Origin: Tepidisphaera sp.
GTDB taxonomy: Bacteria > Planctomycetota > Phycisphaerae > Phycisphaerales > UBA1924
Assembly: GCA_050916045.1 (NCBI GenBank)
Contig: CP051526.1
Location: 224,001 to 288,000 of the forward strand
Reading direction: 5' to 3'
DNA length: 64,000 nucleotides
The notes under the pieces are model-generated. The model had not been told where the DNA came from. It did not search any database and saw nothing but the letters and a program-made list of their open reading frames with translations. The position numbers and the translations under genes were made by a program. Positions 54,034 through 64,000 of the stretch are shown piece after piece. The number at the start of each line of letters is the position of its first letter. Position 1 is the stretch's first letter.

Positions 54034-56322
54034 ATGCCCAACCGCTTGGCACAGAGCACCAGCCCGTACCTGCTTCAACACGCCAACAACCCCGTGGACT
54101 GGTACCCGTGGGGCGAGGAAGCGTTCGCGGAAGCAAGGCGGCGCGACGTCCCGATCTTCCTCTCGATCGGCTACTCGACCTGCTACTGGTGCCACGTGAT
54201 GGAGCGGGAGAGCTTTGAGAACGCCGAGATCGGCAAGCTCCTCTCCGACCGGTTCGTGTGCATCAAGGTCGACCGCGAGGAGCGGCCCGACGTCGACGAC
54301 CTCTACATGCAAGCGACGCTTGCCGTCCGCGGGCAGGGTGGCTGGCCGATGACGGTGTTCCTTGAGCCTCGCACACTCAAGCCGTTCTGGTGCGGGACGT
54401 ATTTCCCGCCGTCACCCCGGAGCGGGATGCCGGGATTGCCGCAAGTGGTCGAGGGCGTCATGGCCGCGTGGCGGGACAAACGGGCCGAGGTGGACGCACA
54501 GGCGGCAGCCATCGCAGACGCCGTTGCCGAGCAGCTTCAGGGTCAGCCGGAAGCCAGAGCCATCGGGGCTTCGGAGATTTCCGAAGCGGTCGGGGTGCTG
54601 CTTCGGATGTACGACCGGCAGCATGGCGGATTCGGGCGGGCACCCAAGTTCCCGCAGCCGGTCTTTCTCGATTTCCTGCTCGACGTGCGGAGTCAGGTCG
54701 GCGACCAGGATACGAAGGACGCGATCGATCTGGCGGTCCGCCACACGCTGGACCGGATGGCAGTGGGGGGGCTCTTCGATCAGGTCGGCGGCGGGTTTCA
54801 TCGGTACAGCGTCGACGGCCACTGGACGGTGCCGCACTTTGAGAAGATGCTCTACGACAACGCGATGCTCGCGAGCGTGTACGCGAAAGCGGCGAAGACG
54901 TACGACGATGCGTTCTATCGCAAGATCACGGTGCGGACGCTCGACTATCTCGCGAGGGAGATGCGTGGCGAGCAGGGTGGGTTCTTCTCCGCGCAGGACG
55001 CCGAGGTCGATCATCGCGAGGGCTTGAATTATCTTTGGACTCCCAAGGATCTGAACGCCGCGCTCGGTGATGCGGATGGGGCGTGGGCTGGCGACATGTA
55101 CGGCGTCAATCGCGGGCCGAACTTTCAGGACCCGCACCATCCCGGAGAGCCTGCAAAAAGCGTGCTCCGGCTTGACGGGAGGCCCGAAGTGGCGGGGATC
55201 GACGAGGCGCGGCTTGCGGACGTCAACCTTCGCTTGCTGAATGCCAGGGGAAAGCGCAAGCAGCCGCACCTTGACGACAAGGTGCTCGTTGGCTGGAACG
55301 GGCTTGCCATTTCCGCCTTCGCCGCCGGTTTCGCGATGACGCACGAGCGGGCTTACCTGTTGTCCGCTGAGCGGGCCGCCAAGTTCGTTTCCACGGAGCT
55401 CGTGACTCCGGACGGAGATCTGCGCCGCAGTGCGCGGGATGACGCGGCCAGCGGCCATGGCTTCTTTGAGGACTACGCGTTCGTCATCCGTGGCCTGCTC
55501 GACCTCGCGGATGTCAGCGGCGCGGACACGTCGTGGCGGTCCATCGCGGCGCGGCTTTCCGGCAGGGCGAAAGCTCTCTTTCGTGACGAAGCCACCGGCA
55601 TCTACTACGACACGCGGGCCGACCAGCCGGACCTCTTCGTCCGGGCACGCTCGGTTCACGATGGAGCGATCCCCTCGGCGAGCGGGGTGCATCTGCACAA
55701 TCTGCTCTCGCTCGCGGCCGCGACCGGCGATCAAGCGTGGGCACGCGAAGCTTCGGACCTCCTCGCATCCATGAGCGGCAAGGTCGCCGAGTCCTCCGTG
55801 GGCGCGATCAACAGCATCCGCGCTGCGGTCCGCATGCTGACCGACGAGCGCTTCGCCCAGGTCTACGGCGCGGTCCTCGGCGGCAAGGACGACGTTCCCG
55901 ACCCGGAAGCGACCACGCTCGTCGAGATGTACGCGGGCGTCGAGCGCATCGACATCGGCCCCGGCAAGCCCGGCTTGTTCGAGCTTCGCGTCAAGATCGC
56001 GCCGGGCTGCCATCTCATCGCCGCCGAACCCGGAGAATCGTGGGAGGGTGTGCTCACGCCGATGCGCATCTTTGCAATGGATGCTTCCGGCGGCCCGGCT
56101 TGCGTCGAGGTCTACGCCGAGTATCCCGAGGGTGAGCCGTACGGCATGGACGGCGGCCCCGTCCGCGTGTACAAGGGCGAGTTCACGATGCGGGTCGTCG
56201 TCGAAGCCGAAACCGAGTGGAAGGGCCGTCCCCTGCTGGGTGTTGAGTATCAAGCCTGCAGCGAGACGGCGTGCATGAAAGCGTCACGCGTCGAGCTTGA
56301 TGTCGCGATCGATCGGGCCTGA
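54034..56322 (+). CDS. YyaL/SSP411 (DUF255) thioredoxin-domain protein with C-terminal DsbD-alpha-like domain
   Basis: [47 protein letters not shown]-terminal YQACSETAC. Confidence 0.92.
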   Translation: MPNRLAQSTSPYLLQHANNPVDWYPWGEEAFAEARRRDVPIFLSIGYSTCYWCHVMERESFENAEIGKLLSDRFVCIKVDREERPDVDDLYMQATLAVRGQGGWPMTVFLEPRTLKPFWCGTYFPPSPRSGMPGLPQVVEGVMAAWRDKRAEVDAQAAAIADAVAEQLQGQPEARAIGASEISEAVGVLLRMYDRQHGGFGRAPKFPQPVFLDFLLDVRSQVGDQDTKDAIDLAVRHTLDRMAVGGLFDQVGGGFHRYSVDGHWTVPHFEKMLYDNAMLASVYAKAAKTYDDAFYRKITVRTLDYLAREMRGEQGGFFSAQDAEVDHREGLNYLWTPKDLNAALGDADGAWAGDMYGVNRGPNFQDPHHPGEPAKSVLRLDGRPEVAGIDEARLADVNLRLLNARGKRKQPHLDDKVLVGWNGLAISAFAAGFAMTHERAYLLSAERAAKFVSTELVTPDGDLRRSARDDAASGHGFFEDYAFVIRGLLDLADVSGADTSWRSIAARLSGRAKALFRDEATGIYYDTRADQPDLFVRARSVHDGAIPSASGVHLHNLLSLAAATGDQAWAREASDLLASMSGKVAESSVGAINSIRAAVRMLTDERFAQVYGAVLGGKDDVPDPEATTLVEMYAGVERIDIGPGKPGLFELRVKIAPGCHLIAAEPGESWEGVLTPMRIFAMDASGGPACVEVYAEYPEGEPYGMDGGPVRVYKGEFTMRVVVEAETEWKGRPLLGVEYQACSETACMKASRVELDVAIDRA

Positions 56323-56325
56323 CGG

Positions 56326-57489
56326 TCAGTAGTCGCGCCGGGTGAAGACCCGCGCCGCGAGCGCGAGCACGAGCAGTTCGAACGCGAGCGAGGTCCCGAG
56401 CACCCAGAAAGTCGTCCGGTGCTTGAGTTCGGCTTCCACGCGGCGGTTGAACTCAAGCTCCTGCTTGCGGGTCATCCGGCGACCGATCGCACCCCCTTCG
56501 GGCATGTCGCTTGACGCGAGGGCGCCCTCGGGCATGAGCGGGCCCAGGTTCCGCTTGAGGTACGCGATGGTTTCGGAGGTCTTGGGAAGGACGGTCTTGA
56601 TCGAGACGACGATCCGCTCCGCGGTGCGGATGTCCCCGGAACGTTTCTCGAGTTCTTCGAGTTCCTTGCGCGTCGTCGGGAGGACGAAGGAGACTTTTTC
56701 GATCTCTTCGGCGGAGGGCTCGCGGCCTGGCGGGGTGCCGTCATCGCCGGTGTTGTTCTTGATCCACATGTCGCGGGCGCCCTTGGTCTGACGCTCGATG
56801 GTTGCGATCGTCTGCTCGCGGGAGATCTGGTTGTTCACCTTGAAAGCGATCACGAGGCCGTCCGCGGCGTTGAGGATGAACAGGAAGAACCAGAGCAGCA
56901 TCGTGAGCAGGATCGATGTGATCGTCGACTTGGTCAGAATCCCGAGCAGCACGCACACGGAATACAGATACGAGTAGAAAAGCACCACCAGCGGGATCGC
57001 CCAGAAAATCGAAGGCTCCCACGCTCCGCCCCGGATCCCGAAGACGAGAAAGCTCGCAAGCGTGAAGATCGCGACCTGCAGAGCGGTGAAAAGGAGCCCG
57101 GCGAAGTACTTCGTGAGGAAGAGCCGAAGCCGCGAGATCGGCTTGGCGAGCATGAGCTCGATCGACCCGCTCGCGATGAAATCCGGGAAGAGCCCGCCTG
57201 TCGACACCAGCGCCAGGATCGTCGCGCCCCATCCAAGCCAGTACGGCACGCCGAACTCGGCGAAGACGAACTTGTAGTACTGCGCCGGCGAGATCAGCTT
57301 GCTGTTGAAGATCGGGTTCTCGAACTCCCACCACAGCAGCGTGATTCCCTTCTCGTTGACGCCGAACGCCGCGAGCACGCCGACGACCAGCAGCGAGATG
57401 GCAAGTGCGAGCCAGAAGAGCTTCTTGCTCGAAAGCTCGCGGTACGCGTCGAGGAAGATCGCACGGGTCTGAATCAGCGTCGCGCTCAT
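56326..57489 (-). CDS. ABC transporter permease
   Basis: Multi-TM, SGSIELMLAKPISRLRLFLTKY, ends FTRRDY; overlaps ATPase gene. Confidence 0.85.
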   Translation of the reverse strand: MSATLIQTRAIFLDAYRELSSKKLFWLALAISLLVVGVLAAFGVNEKGITLLWWEFENPIFNSKLISPAQYYKFVFAEFGVPYWLGWGATILALVSTGGLFPDFIASGSIELMLAKPISRLRLFLTKYFAGLLFTALQVAIFTLASFLVFGIRGGAWEPSIFWAIPLVVLFYSYLYSVCVLLGILTKSTITSILLTMLLWFFLFILNAADGLVIAFKVNNQISREQTIATIERQTKGARDMWIKNNTGDDGTPPGREPSAEEIEKVSFVLPTTRKELEELEKRSGDIRTAERIVVSIKTVLPKTSETIAYLKRNLGPLMPEGALASSDMPEGGAIGRRMTRKQELEFNRRVEAELKHRTTFWVLGTSLAFELLVLALAARVFTRRDY

Positions 57490-58463
57490 CGCTTGCCCTC
57501 CCCCAGGCTCGCGCCCGCTCGCTGGTCGTCCACGGCTTCCATGAACAGGTTCTCAAGCGACGGCCGGTACGGCTTGACCGATCGGATCGTGAGCCCGGCG
57601 GCTCGCAAAGCGTCGATCACGGGCTGCACCGCTTGCGGGTCTCCGCCGGGCACGGTGATCGTCGCGTCCGCGACGGACGCTCCGGGCAAGCCGCCGAGTT
57701 GCTGGCGGACGGCTTGCTCGATCCGCACGGGGTCGGCCGCGACCTCGACCTCGTACCGAAGCCTGTGCCGCGTCAGTTCATCGATCGTGCCCTGCGCCGC
57801 GACCTTGCCCTTGACCAGAATCGCCACGCGGTCCGCGACGACCTCAAGCTCTGAGAGCAGGTGCGAATTGATGAAGACCGTGGTCCCCTTGGCTTTGAGG
57901 GTCTTGATCATGTCCCGGATGTCGCGGCGGCCGTTGGGGTCCACACCGTCCGTCGGCTCATCGAGGATGACCAGGTCCGGGTCGTTCACAAGGGCTTGGG
58001 CGATCCCGACACGCTGCCGCATCCCCTTGGAGTACTTGGACACGGACTGGTCCGCCCACGCTCTCATGCCGACAAAGTCGAGAAGCTCATCCGCTCGGCG
58101 TCGGCGCTGCGCCGCGGGCGTTCCCGAGAGCGCCCCGAAGTAGTCGACCACCTGCCGGCCTGTCAGATACTCGGGGAACCGGTGATGTTCGGGGAGGTAG
58201 CCGATTCGTGCCAGCGTCGGCTTGTGCCCGACCGGCTGACCCAGCACCGTGCCCGTGGCTTTCGTCGGCCGGATCACGGTCGTCAGGATTTTGACGAGCG
58301 TCGACTTTCCAGCGCCATTGGGCCCGAGAAACCCGAAAATCTCACCCTTGCCGACCTGCATCGAGATGTTCTGCAGAGCGTGAATCCTGCGGCCGTAGGT
58401 CTTTGAGACTTCGGTGAGGTCAATCGCCCACGTCGAAGAACCCGGAGAATTGGAAGCTGCCAT
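57486..58463 (-). CDS. ABC transporter ATP-binding protein
   Basis: GPNGAGKST, YSKGMRQR, ILDEPTDGVDP, NSHLL. Confidence 0.93.
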   Translation of the reverse strand: MAASNSPGSSTWAIDLTEVSKTYGRRIHALQNISMQVGKGEIFGFLGPNGAGKSTLVKILTTVIRPTKATGTVLGQPVGHKPTLARIGYLPEHHRFPEYLTGRQVVDYFGALSGTPAAQRRRRADELLDFVGMRAWADQSVSKYSKGMRQRVGIAQALVNDPDLVILDEPTDGVDPNGRRDIRDMIKTLKAKGTTVFINSHLLSELEVVADRVAILVKGKVAAQGTIDELTRHRLRYEVEVAADPVRIEQAVRQQLGGLPGASVADATITVPGGDPQAVQPVIDALRAAGLTIRSVKPYRPSLENLFMEAVDDQRAGASLGEGKR

Positions 58464-58481
58464 GAATGATCCTTGGGCGTC

Positions 58482-59168
58482 TTACGACGGACGTTTCGCA
58501 ACCACGTGGAAGACATGCCAGTGCTTGGCGTTTCCTTCGGCGTCGTGCCCCGGCTTGTTGGATTCATCAAGATGACCAATCACAAGCCCGTCGAGCATCT
58601 GTTGTACCTGCTCCCGGGTGTGATGGCTGCGGCCCGGAATCGTCGCCCACGAATCCTCGGGCCCGAAAAACTGACCCGCGAAGACGCTCCCGGGAGCCAT
58701 CGCGCCGCGGATCGCACGCCAGGCCCGGTCGAACTTCGCCGGTGCGATGAACGGAAGCGAGAACGAAGCGTTCACGACGTCCGCGGCTCCGAACTCCGGC
58801 CGCATCGCGAGAACCGAAGCCAGCGACTCGGTCCCGCCCTTCACGATCGTCAGCGCCGCTTCCTGATCCGCCGGTACGCCCTCCGCGATCAGCTTGGCCG
58901 CGTCCGGGTGCGGATCGAGGGCAAGGACCCGGAATCCCCGCCGCAGAAGCTCCCGCGTGTCGCGTCCCTCCCCCGCTCCAAGGTCCAAAGCCACCTTCGG
59001 ACCGTTCGCTCGATCTCCGCCGCGTTCCCAATGCTCCAGAGCCATCAAGAGGGTGTCACGCGCCGGTTTGCCCGCGACCGCGGCGTAGTAAGTCGACCAG
59101 TCACGGTCGCCCCAAGGGTTCAGAGGAGGGGTCGGGGATGGGTTCAAGGATGGTTGCTCGCTGGTCAT
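58482..59168 (-). CDS. Class I SAM-dependent methyltransferase
   Basis: ALDLGAGEGRDT, NASFSLPF, FAGQFFG, KHWHVFHVVA. Confidence 0.85.
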   Translation of the reverse strand: MTSEQPSLNPSPTPPLNPWGDRDWSTYYAAVAGKPARDTLLMALEHWERGGDRANGPKVALDLGAGEGRDTRELLRRGFRVLALDPHPDAAKLIAEGVPADQEAALTIVKGGTESLASVLAMRPEFGAADVVNASFSLPFIAPAKFDRAWRAIRGAMAPGSVFAGQFFGPEDSWATIPGRSHHTREQVQQMLDGLVIGHLDESNKPGHDAEGNAKHWHVFHVVAKRPS

Positions 59169-59181
59169 ACGCTGAAGGACA

Positions 59182-61290
59182 ATGTACGAGACCGTCAGGG
59201 ACTTTGTATCCGCACTCGACGCTTCCGGCGAGCTTTCGCGCATCGCCGCTCCCATTTCCCCCGTTCTTGAGATCGCCGCCCTCGCGGACCGCGAGAGCAA
59301 AGCCAAAGCCCCCAACCTCCCCAGCGTCTCCGCCCGCCAGGCAGATCCCCGGTTCCATGACCGCGGCGGCTCCGCCCTTCTGCTGACGAACGTGCAGGGG
59401 TCTGACATCCCCGTGCTGATCAACGCGTGGGGGTCGTACAAACGGATGGAGATGGCTTTGGGATGCGAGAAGGGCGGGTTCGCCGAGATCGCGCACCGCA
59501 TTGGCGAACTCGTCAAGCCCGAGCCTCCCAAATCGCTCGGGGAAGCGTGGGCGAAGCTCCAGACCCTCCTGCCCCTCCTCAAGACCCCGCCCAAGCGTCG
59601 CAAGGGGCTGGGCCTCTGCCAGGAGGTGATCCGCACGGGCGACGCGGTCGACCTGACGCGGCTTCCGATCATCCGCTGCTGGCCTCACGATGGCGATTAC
59701 GCCGCGCTCGGCTATCCGGGCGGCGTGAACGACGGCATCCCGGGCCTGGGCTCGGGCCCGGCTTGGGAACGCGACTTCCGAGGCCGGTACATCACCCTCG
59801 CGGGCATCCACACCATCCACGCCGACGATGAGGGCAATCCCAAGCCTTCTAGCCACAACATCGGCATGTACCGCGTCCAGCTTCTCGGGCCCCAGCGCGT
59901 CGCGATGCACTGGCACATGCACCACGACGGCGCCCGCCACTGGCGGTCCTGGAAACGCAAGGGCAAGCCGATGCCCGTCGCGATCGCTCTTGGCGGCGAA
60001 AGCGTCATGCCCTACGCCGCGACCGCACCCCTCCCGCCCGGCATCAGCGAGCTTCTCCTCGCCGGGTTCCTCAATCGCGGCGGCATTCCGATGGTCATGG
60101 GCCGCACCGTTCCGGTCTGGGTCCCCGCCAACGCCGAGATCATCATCGAGGGGTACGTCAGCGATCAAGCAGGCTTCATCGGCTGGGACCCGCGAGACCC
60201 CCACGCCGGCCCGCCCGGCCCCGGAGCGGTCTTCGAGGGCCCTTTCGGCGACCACACCGGCTTTTATTCGATGCCGGACCGGTACCCGATCCTGACCGTC
60301 ACCGCGATCACGCACCGTCGCGATCCGATCTATCCGACCACGGTCGTCGGCCTTCCCCCCCAGGAGGACTACTTCCTCGGGAAAGCCACCGAGCGGATCT
60401 TCCTCCCGCTTCTCAAAACGCTCATCCACGACATCGACGACTACGACCTTCCGATGTTCGGGGCGTTCCACAACTGCGCCTTCGTCAAGATCCGCAAGGA
60501 GTATCCGTTCCAAGCCCGCCGCGTCATGCACAGCGTCTGGGGCGCGGGGCAGATGGCGTGGACCAAGTCCGTCGTCGTCGTCGACCACGACGTCGATGTC
60601 CACGACACCGCCGCCGTGCTACGAGCGGTGGGGGAGCGGTGCATCCCCGGACGCGACACCGAGGAGGTCAGAGGCCCGCTCGACATTCTCGACCACGCCG
60701 CTCCGTTCCTGGGCGCGGGCGGCAAGCTGGGCCTGGATGCCACCCGCAAGACCGCCGATGCGGAACTGCACCAGAATCTCGACCCCCTCGCGGCTGAGCT
60801 TTGCGCCGCGGGCCCGATCGGGCCGGTGCTCGGCGATGCCGCCGTCCGCGCGGAGGCTCGCGTGAAGTCGCTGCCCGGCGTCCTCGATGCGCGGATCCCG
60901 GAGGAGCTTGGCGGCTGGTGGCTCCTGGTCCGCGCCTCCAAGGACAAAGCTGGCGACGGCGCCGCGGTGATCAAAGCTCTCGGGGCTCTGCCGAACGAGG
61001 TTGAGATTCCCCGTTGGACGATCGTTGCCGGTCCGGATTGCGCGCTCACCGGCTTCGATGACGCATTCTTCCACTGGCTCGCCAACGGCGCTCCCGACCG
61101 CGACCGCTATCTCAGCAAGTGCGGCCGCCGCGTCGCGTTCGACGCGACGCCGAAGGTCCCCGGCGATGAACGCCACGGGCTTCCGGTCCGGCCGTGGCCG
61201 CCGATCCTGAAGATGCCCGCCGAGGTCGTTGACCGGGCGATGCAAGCCAAGCGGGCCAGCCAAGCCAAGCAAGGAGAGCGTCATGGATGA
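59182..61290 (+). CDS. UbiD-family (prFMN) decarboxylase, probably for menaquinone biosynthesis
   Basis: NIGMYRVQL, MHWHMHHDGA, VPANAEIIIEG, EGPFGDHTGFY, PPQED, LDILDHA. Confidence 0.9.
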   Translation: MYETVRDFVSALDASGELSRIAAPISPVLEIAALADRESKAKAPNLPSVSARQADPRFHDRGGSALLLTNVQGSDIPVLINAWGSYKRMEMALGCEKGGFAEIAHRIGELVKPEPPKSLGEAWAKLQTLLPLLKTPPKRRKGLGLCQEVIRTGDAVDLTRLPIIRCWPHDGDYAALGYPGGVNDGIPGLGSGPAWERDFRGRYITLAGIHTIHADDEGNPKPSSHNIGMYRVQLLGPQRVAMHWHMHHDGARHWRSWKRKGKPMPVAIALGGESVMPYAATAPLPPGISELLLAGFLNRGGIPMVMGRTVPVWVPANAEIIIEGYVSDQAGFIGWDPRDPHAGPPGPGAVFEGPFGDHTGFYSMPDRYPILTVTAITHRRDPIYPTTVVGLPPQEDYFLGKATERIFLPLLKTLIHDIDDYDLPMFGAFHNCAFVKIRKEYPFQARRVMHSVWGAGQMAWTKSVVVVDHDVDVHDTAAVLRAVGERCIPGRDTEEVRGPLDILDHAAPFLGAGGKLGLDATRKTADAELHQNLDPLAAELCAAGPIGPVLGDAAVRAEARVKSLPGVLDARIPEELGGWWLLVRASKDKAGDGAAVIKALGALPNEVEIPRWTIVAGPDCALTGFDDAFFHWLANGAPDRDRYLSKCGRRVAFDATPKVPGDERHGLPVRPWPPILKMPAEVVDRAMQAKRASQAKQGERHG

Positions 61291-62272
61291 GACGCTGGAT
61301 CAATCTCCGCTTCCCAAGCTTCCACCCAGGCCGCTTGACGGCCACAAGGGCACCTTCGGCACCGTCTCGATCGTCGGCGGCTCGACCAGCGATGGCCGCA
61401 TGATGATCGGAGCCCCCGCGCTCGCCGGCCGCGGCGCCCTTCGGGCGGGCTGCGGCCTCTGCCGCTTGGTCATGCCGCAGGAGATCCTCTCCGCGGGTCT
61501 CTCGCTCCTACCCAGCGCCACCGGGTTCGTCCTCCCCACTGACGACGCAGGCCGCATCGTCCCGCACGAAGCCGCCGCCGTTCTCGACGCCGTCCTTGCC
61601 GAGAGTAAAGCCGTCGTTGTCGGCCCCGGTATCGGCCTCAGCCTCGGTGCCGAAGCCGTCGTGCTCCGCGCCGTCCAGCAACGCACCGTCCCCGTCGTGG
61701 TGGACGCCGACGGCCTCACGGTCATGGCTCGCATCCCGGACCTCTGGCGCGACCTGCACGCCCCCCTCGTCCTCACGCCCCATCCGGGCGAGTTCAAACG
61801 GCTCGCCGACGCGATGAAGATCACGCTCGACCCCGTCGACCGAGCCACGCGGCCCGCCGCCGCAACGAACCTCGCTCAGCGGCTCGGTTGCGTCGTCGTC
61901 CTCAAGGGTGCGGGCACCGTTGTAAGCGACGGAGTCCGGACCTGGCGCTGCGAACGTGGCCACCCCTGCATGGGCACGGCCGGCACCGGCGATGTGCTCG
62001 CGGGCGTCATCGCGTCCCTGCTCGCCCAGCACTTTGACTCCACCCGCATGCTCGCCGCGGCCAAGCTCGCTTCGCGAAGCCCGGCGCTCGCGGCTTCCAT
62101 CAAGGTGGGGCTCACTCCCTTTGACCTCGCCCGAATCGCCGTCGAAGCCCACGCCCGGGCGGGCGAGCGCTGGGCCGAGCAAAGCACCCCCGCCGGCTTG
62201 CTCGCTCAGGAACTCGCCGACCTCGTGCCCGCCGAACTTCAAGCGATGTCCGAGCACGGGAGCGGGTCGTGA
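61283..62272 (+). CDS. nnrD: ADP-dependent NAD(P)H-hydrate dehydratase
   Basis: HKGTFG, GPGIG, VVDADGL, LTPHPGEF, VVLKGAGTVV, TAGTGDVLAG. Confidence 0.92.
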   Translation: MDETLDQSPLPKLPPRPLDGHKGTFGTVSIVGGSTSDGRMMIGAPALAGRGALRAGCGLCRLVMPQEILSAGLSLLPSATGFVLPTDDAGRIVPHEAAAVLDAVLAESKAVVVGPGIGLSLGAEAVVLRAVQQRTVPVVVDADGLTVMARIPDLWRDLHAPLVLTPHPGEFKRLADAMKITLDPVDRATRPAAATNLAQRLGCVVVLKGAGTVVSDGVRTWRCERGHPCMGTAGTGDVLAGVIASLLAQHFDSTRMLAAAKLASRSPALAASIKVGLTPFDLARIAVEAHARAGERWAEQSTPAGLLAQELADLVPAELQAMSEHGSGS

Positions 62273-63732
62273 ACCGTCTCTGGCTCGTCGCACCAAGCCT
62301 GATGCTCGCGGCTCACGCCGAAGCACAGATCGCGACACCCGCGCCGATCCGCCAACCCGAGCCCGCTTCCCTCGACGACCGCTACCCGCCGACCCGAGAC
62401 TACCGCAAGGAACGCACCGAGATGGTGATCGAAGCGTTCGGCGGATGGAAGCACAACACCGAGAACGGCTATCCCGTCTTCCGGTCGGCCGTCGCGAAGA
62501 TCGCCGGCATGATGCAGTACGCCGTCTCCGGCTCGCCCGTGCTCAAGTCCGGAGCCCCCGGCGACCCGTCGCATACGGATGACGATCTCCTCGGAGTCTT
62601 CTCCAAACCGGAGCAAGCCGAGAGCCCGCTCGCGATCGAGATGCAAGCGATCATCGATCGCTTTCTCGCCACCCCGCTTGCAAGCGATCTCGATGCGCTC
62701 GTCAACGAAACGCGATACTTTCCGCCGACCGATCCCGTCCAGCCCGCGATCGCGGCTCTGCTCCCCGAACTCGGCGAAGCCCGCCAAGCGTCCAAGTTCA
62801 ACGTGTCCCGCATGGCTCTCGCCCATCGCCGAACGGACCGTCGCGAGTTCCTCCGCGCCCTGACGCACAACCTCGCGATCCAGCGAGCCATCTCGGGACA
62901 GCCAAGCCTCATCTCTCACTCCCTCAACGCCGCGATCGACGCTTCCACCTTCGGGTGCATCCTCGACTGCGGCCTCAAGGCGCCGCTGGACCCCGAGCTG
63001 TGCCGCGGCGTGCTTGAGGTCACGCGGGCGTTCCCGATCGCCGACTGGTCTCTCGCGGTTCGCGGCGAGGGGTTGCTCTGCATGGCCACCATCGACTGGA
63101 TGTACGCCGAAGCAGAGCAAGCCGCCCCTTCGCCTCAGGCCGTTCCCGCCGAGCAGATGGAGGCTCCGCAGTGGGCGCCGCGTGTCCAGACGCTCGAACT
63201 CGCCGACACCTATTTCTCCGATCTCGCCCGAGTGTTCGACCCCGACCGCGCCGTCGCCGAATCCGCGCTTGCGAAGGTACGAGCACTCCACGAACAAGCG
63301 AAGGAAAGCGGCTTTCGCACACGTTTCCGCCCCTTCGTGCTTCTCATGCCGACGCTCGAAGCGACCCTCACCACCGAACGGCAGGCCCGCGTCCTCCGCG
63401 ATGCCGCCCGAGTCGCCGCCGCGGCCGATCTCTTCCGCGCCGACCGGGGCGCGTACCCGCAAGCCGTCGCAGACCTCGTGCCCAAGTACCTCGACACCCT
63501 CCCCATCGACTGGTTCAGCCCCACGCGCGACGCTCTGCGTCTCCGCGCGGTCGACCCTTTGCCCGACCGGCTTGGCCGCTCATACCTCATCTACTCCGTC
63601 GGCCAGGACGGCCGCGACGATGGCGGCGTCGAGGACCCCGTTGCCAACACGCGGGCGATTCAGCGAAGCCCCGGATTCGAAGGGCTCGACTTCGTCCTCA
63701 ACTGGCGTCCCGCCCCCGCCAAGCCCGATTAG
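62269..63732 (+). CDS. Exported hypothetical protein with pseudopilin-G-like C-terminal motif
   Basis: Signal peptide AEAQ; GAYPQAVADLVPKYLDTLPIDWF...IYSVGQDGRDDGG. Confidence 0.65.
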   Translation: MNRLWLVAPSLMLAAHAEAQIATPAPIRQPEPASLDDRYPPTRDYRKERTEMVIEAFGGWKHNTENGYPVFRSAVAKIAGMMQYAVSGSPVLKSGAPGDPSHTDDDLLGVFSKPEQAESPLAIEMQAIIDRFLATPLASDLDALVNETRYFPPTDPVQPAIAALLPELGEARQASKFNVSRMALAHRRTDRREFLRALTHNLAIQRAISGQPSLISHSLNAAIDASTFGCILDCGLKAPLDPELCRGVLEVTRAFPIADWSLAVRGEGLLCMATIDWMYAEAEQAAPSPQAVPAEQMEAPQWAPRVQTLELADTYFSDLARVFDPDRAVAESALAKVRALHEQAKESGFRTRFRPFVLLMPTLEATLTTERQARVLRDAARVAAAADLFRADRGAYPQAVADLVPKYLDTLPIDWFSPTRDALRLRAVDPLPDRLGRSYLIYSVGQDGRDDGGVEDPVANTRAIQRSPGFEGLDFVLNWRPAPAKPD

Positions 63733-64000
63733 TTGCACCGGTTCGGCGGGTTCTTGCCCGCGAGGATCGCCGCGACGTTCTCGCTCACCATCTTCACCAT
63801 GAGGCCCCGGCTCGTCCGGTTCGCCGACCCGATGTGCGGCGCGAGCGTGACATTCTCCAGCCCGATCAGCTCCGGATGAACCTCCGGCTCACGCTCATAC
63901 ACGTCAAGCCCGGCTCCCCAGATCCTCCCGGCTTTCAGGTGCGCCGCCAGCGCCGCTTCATCCACCACCGGCCCCCGCGCCGTGTTGATCAGCATCGCGT
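63729..64000 (-). CDS. D-glycerate/2-hydroxyacid dehydrogenase, C-terminal part (5' end outside window)
   Basis: INTARGPVVDE, AGLDVYEREP, PHIGSA. Confidence 0.88.
   Translation of the reverse strand, partial: AMLINTARGPVVDEAALAAHLKAGRIWGAGLDVYEREPEVHPELIGLENVTLAPHIGSANRTSRGLMVKMVSENVAAILAGKNPPNRCN

Noticed and set aside
51626..54199. 857-aa plus-strand ORF and similar long overlapping ORFs (11017-13125, 18343-20373, 36770-39169, 54412-56253)
   Set aside because: Stop-poor alternative frames expected at this GC content, overlapping well-supported genes

Overview
High-GC bacterial chromosomal window, most likely Planctomycetota class Phycisphaerae. This is inferred from three secreted proteins ending in a paired DFNxDxFVDFFDY...GC dockerin-like tail, a HYExAFE protein and a DUF2089 protein. 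It holds about 58 tightly packed, mostly housekeeping or envelope genes: pdxJ, trpC, rarA, gmd, glycyl-tRNA ligase, ABC-F, tpiA, skp, lpxD/lpxC, stand-alone atpA and nuoB, thiS, UbiD, nnrD, lipid acyltransferases and an ABC exporter. I found no rRNA, tRNA, CRISPR array, transposase or integrase. Most notable: (1) over 20 genes have a TAnnnT -10 box only 5-9 nt before the start codon, suggesting widespread leaderless mRNAs; (2) an in-frame LpxD-LpxC fusion; (3) two intergenic 21-nt-period repeat arrays (43.4 kb and 50.2-50.6 kb) sharing a TCGA phase mark, one inside a repeat-bracketed accessory cassette; (4) a multi-hairpin intergenic ncRNA candidate at 34.4-34.6 kb; (5) a cysteine-less thioredoxin-fold protein, a candidate DUF2089 operator and several G-quadruplex-like tracts. 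All calls come from reading motifs by eye; no database searches were run.
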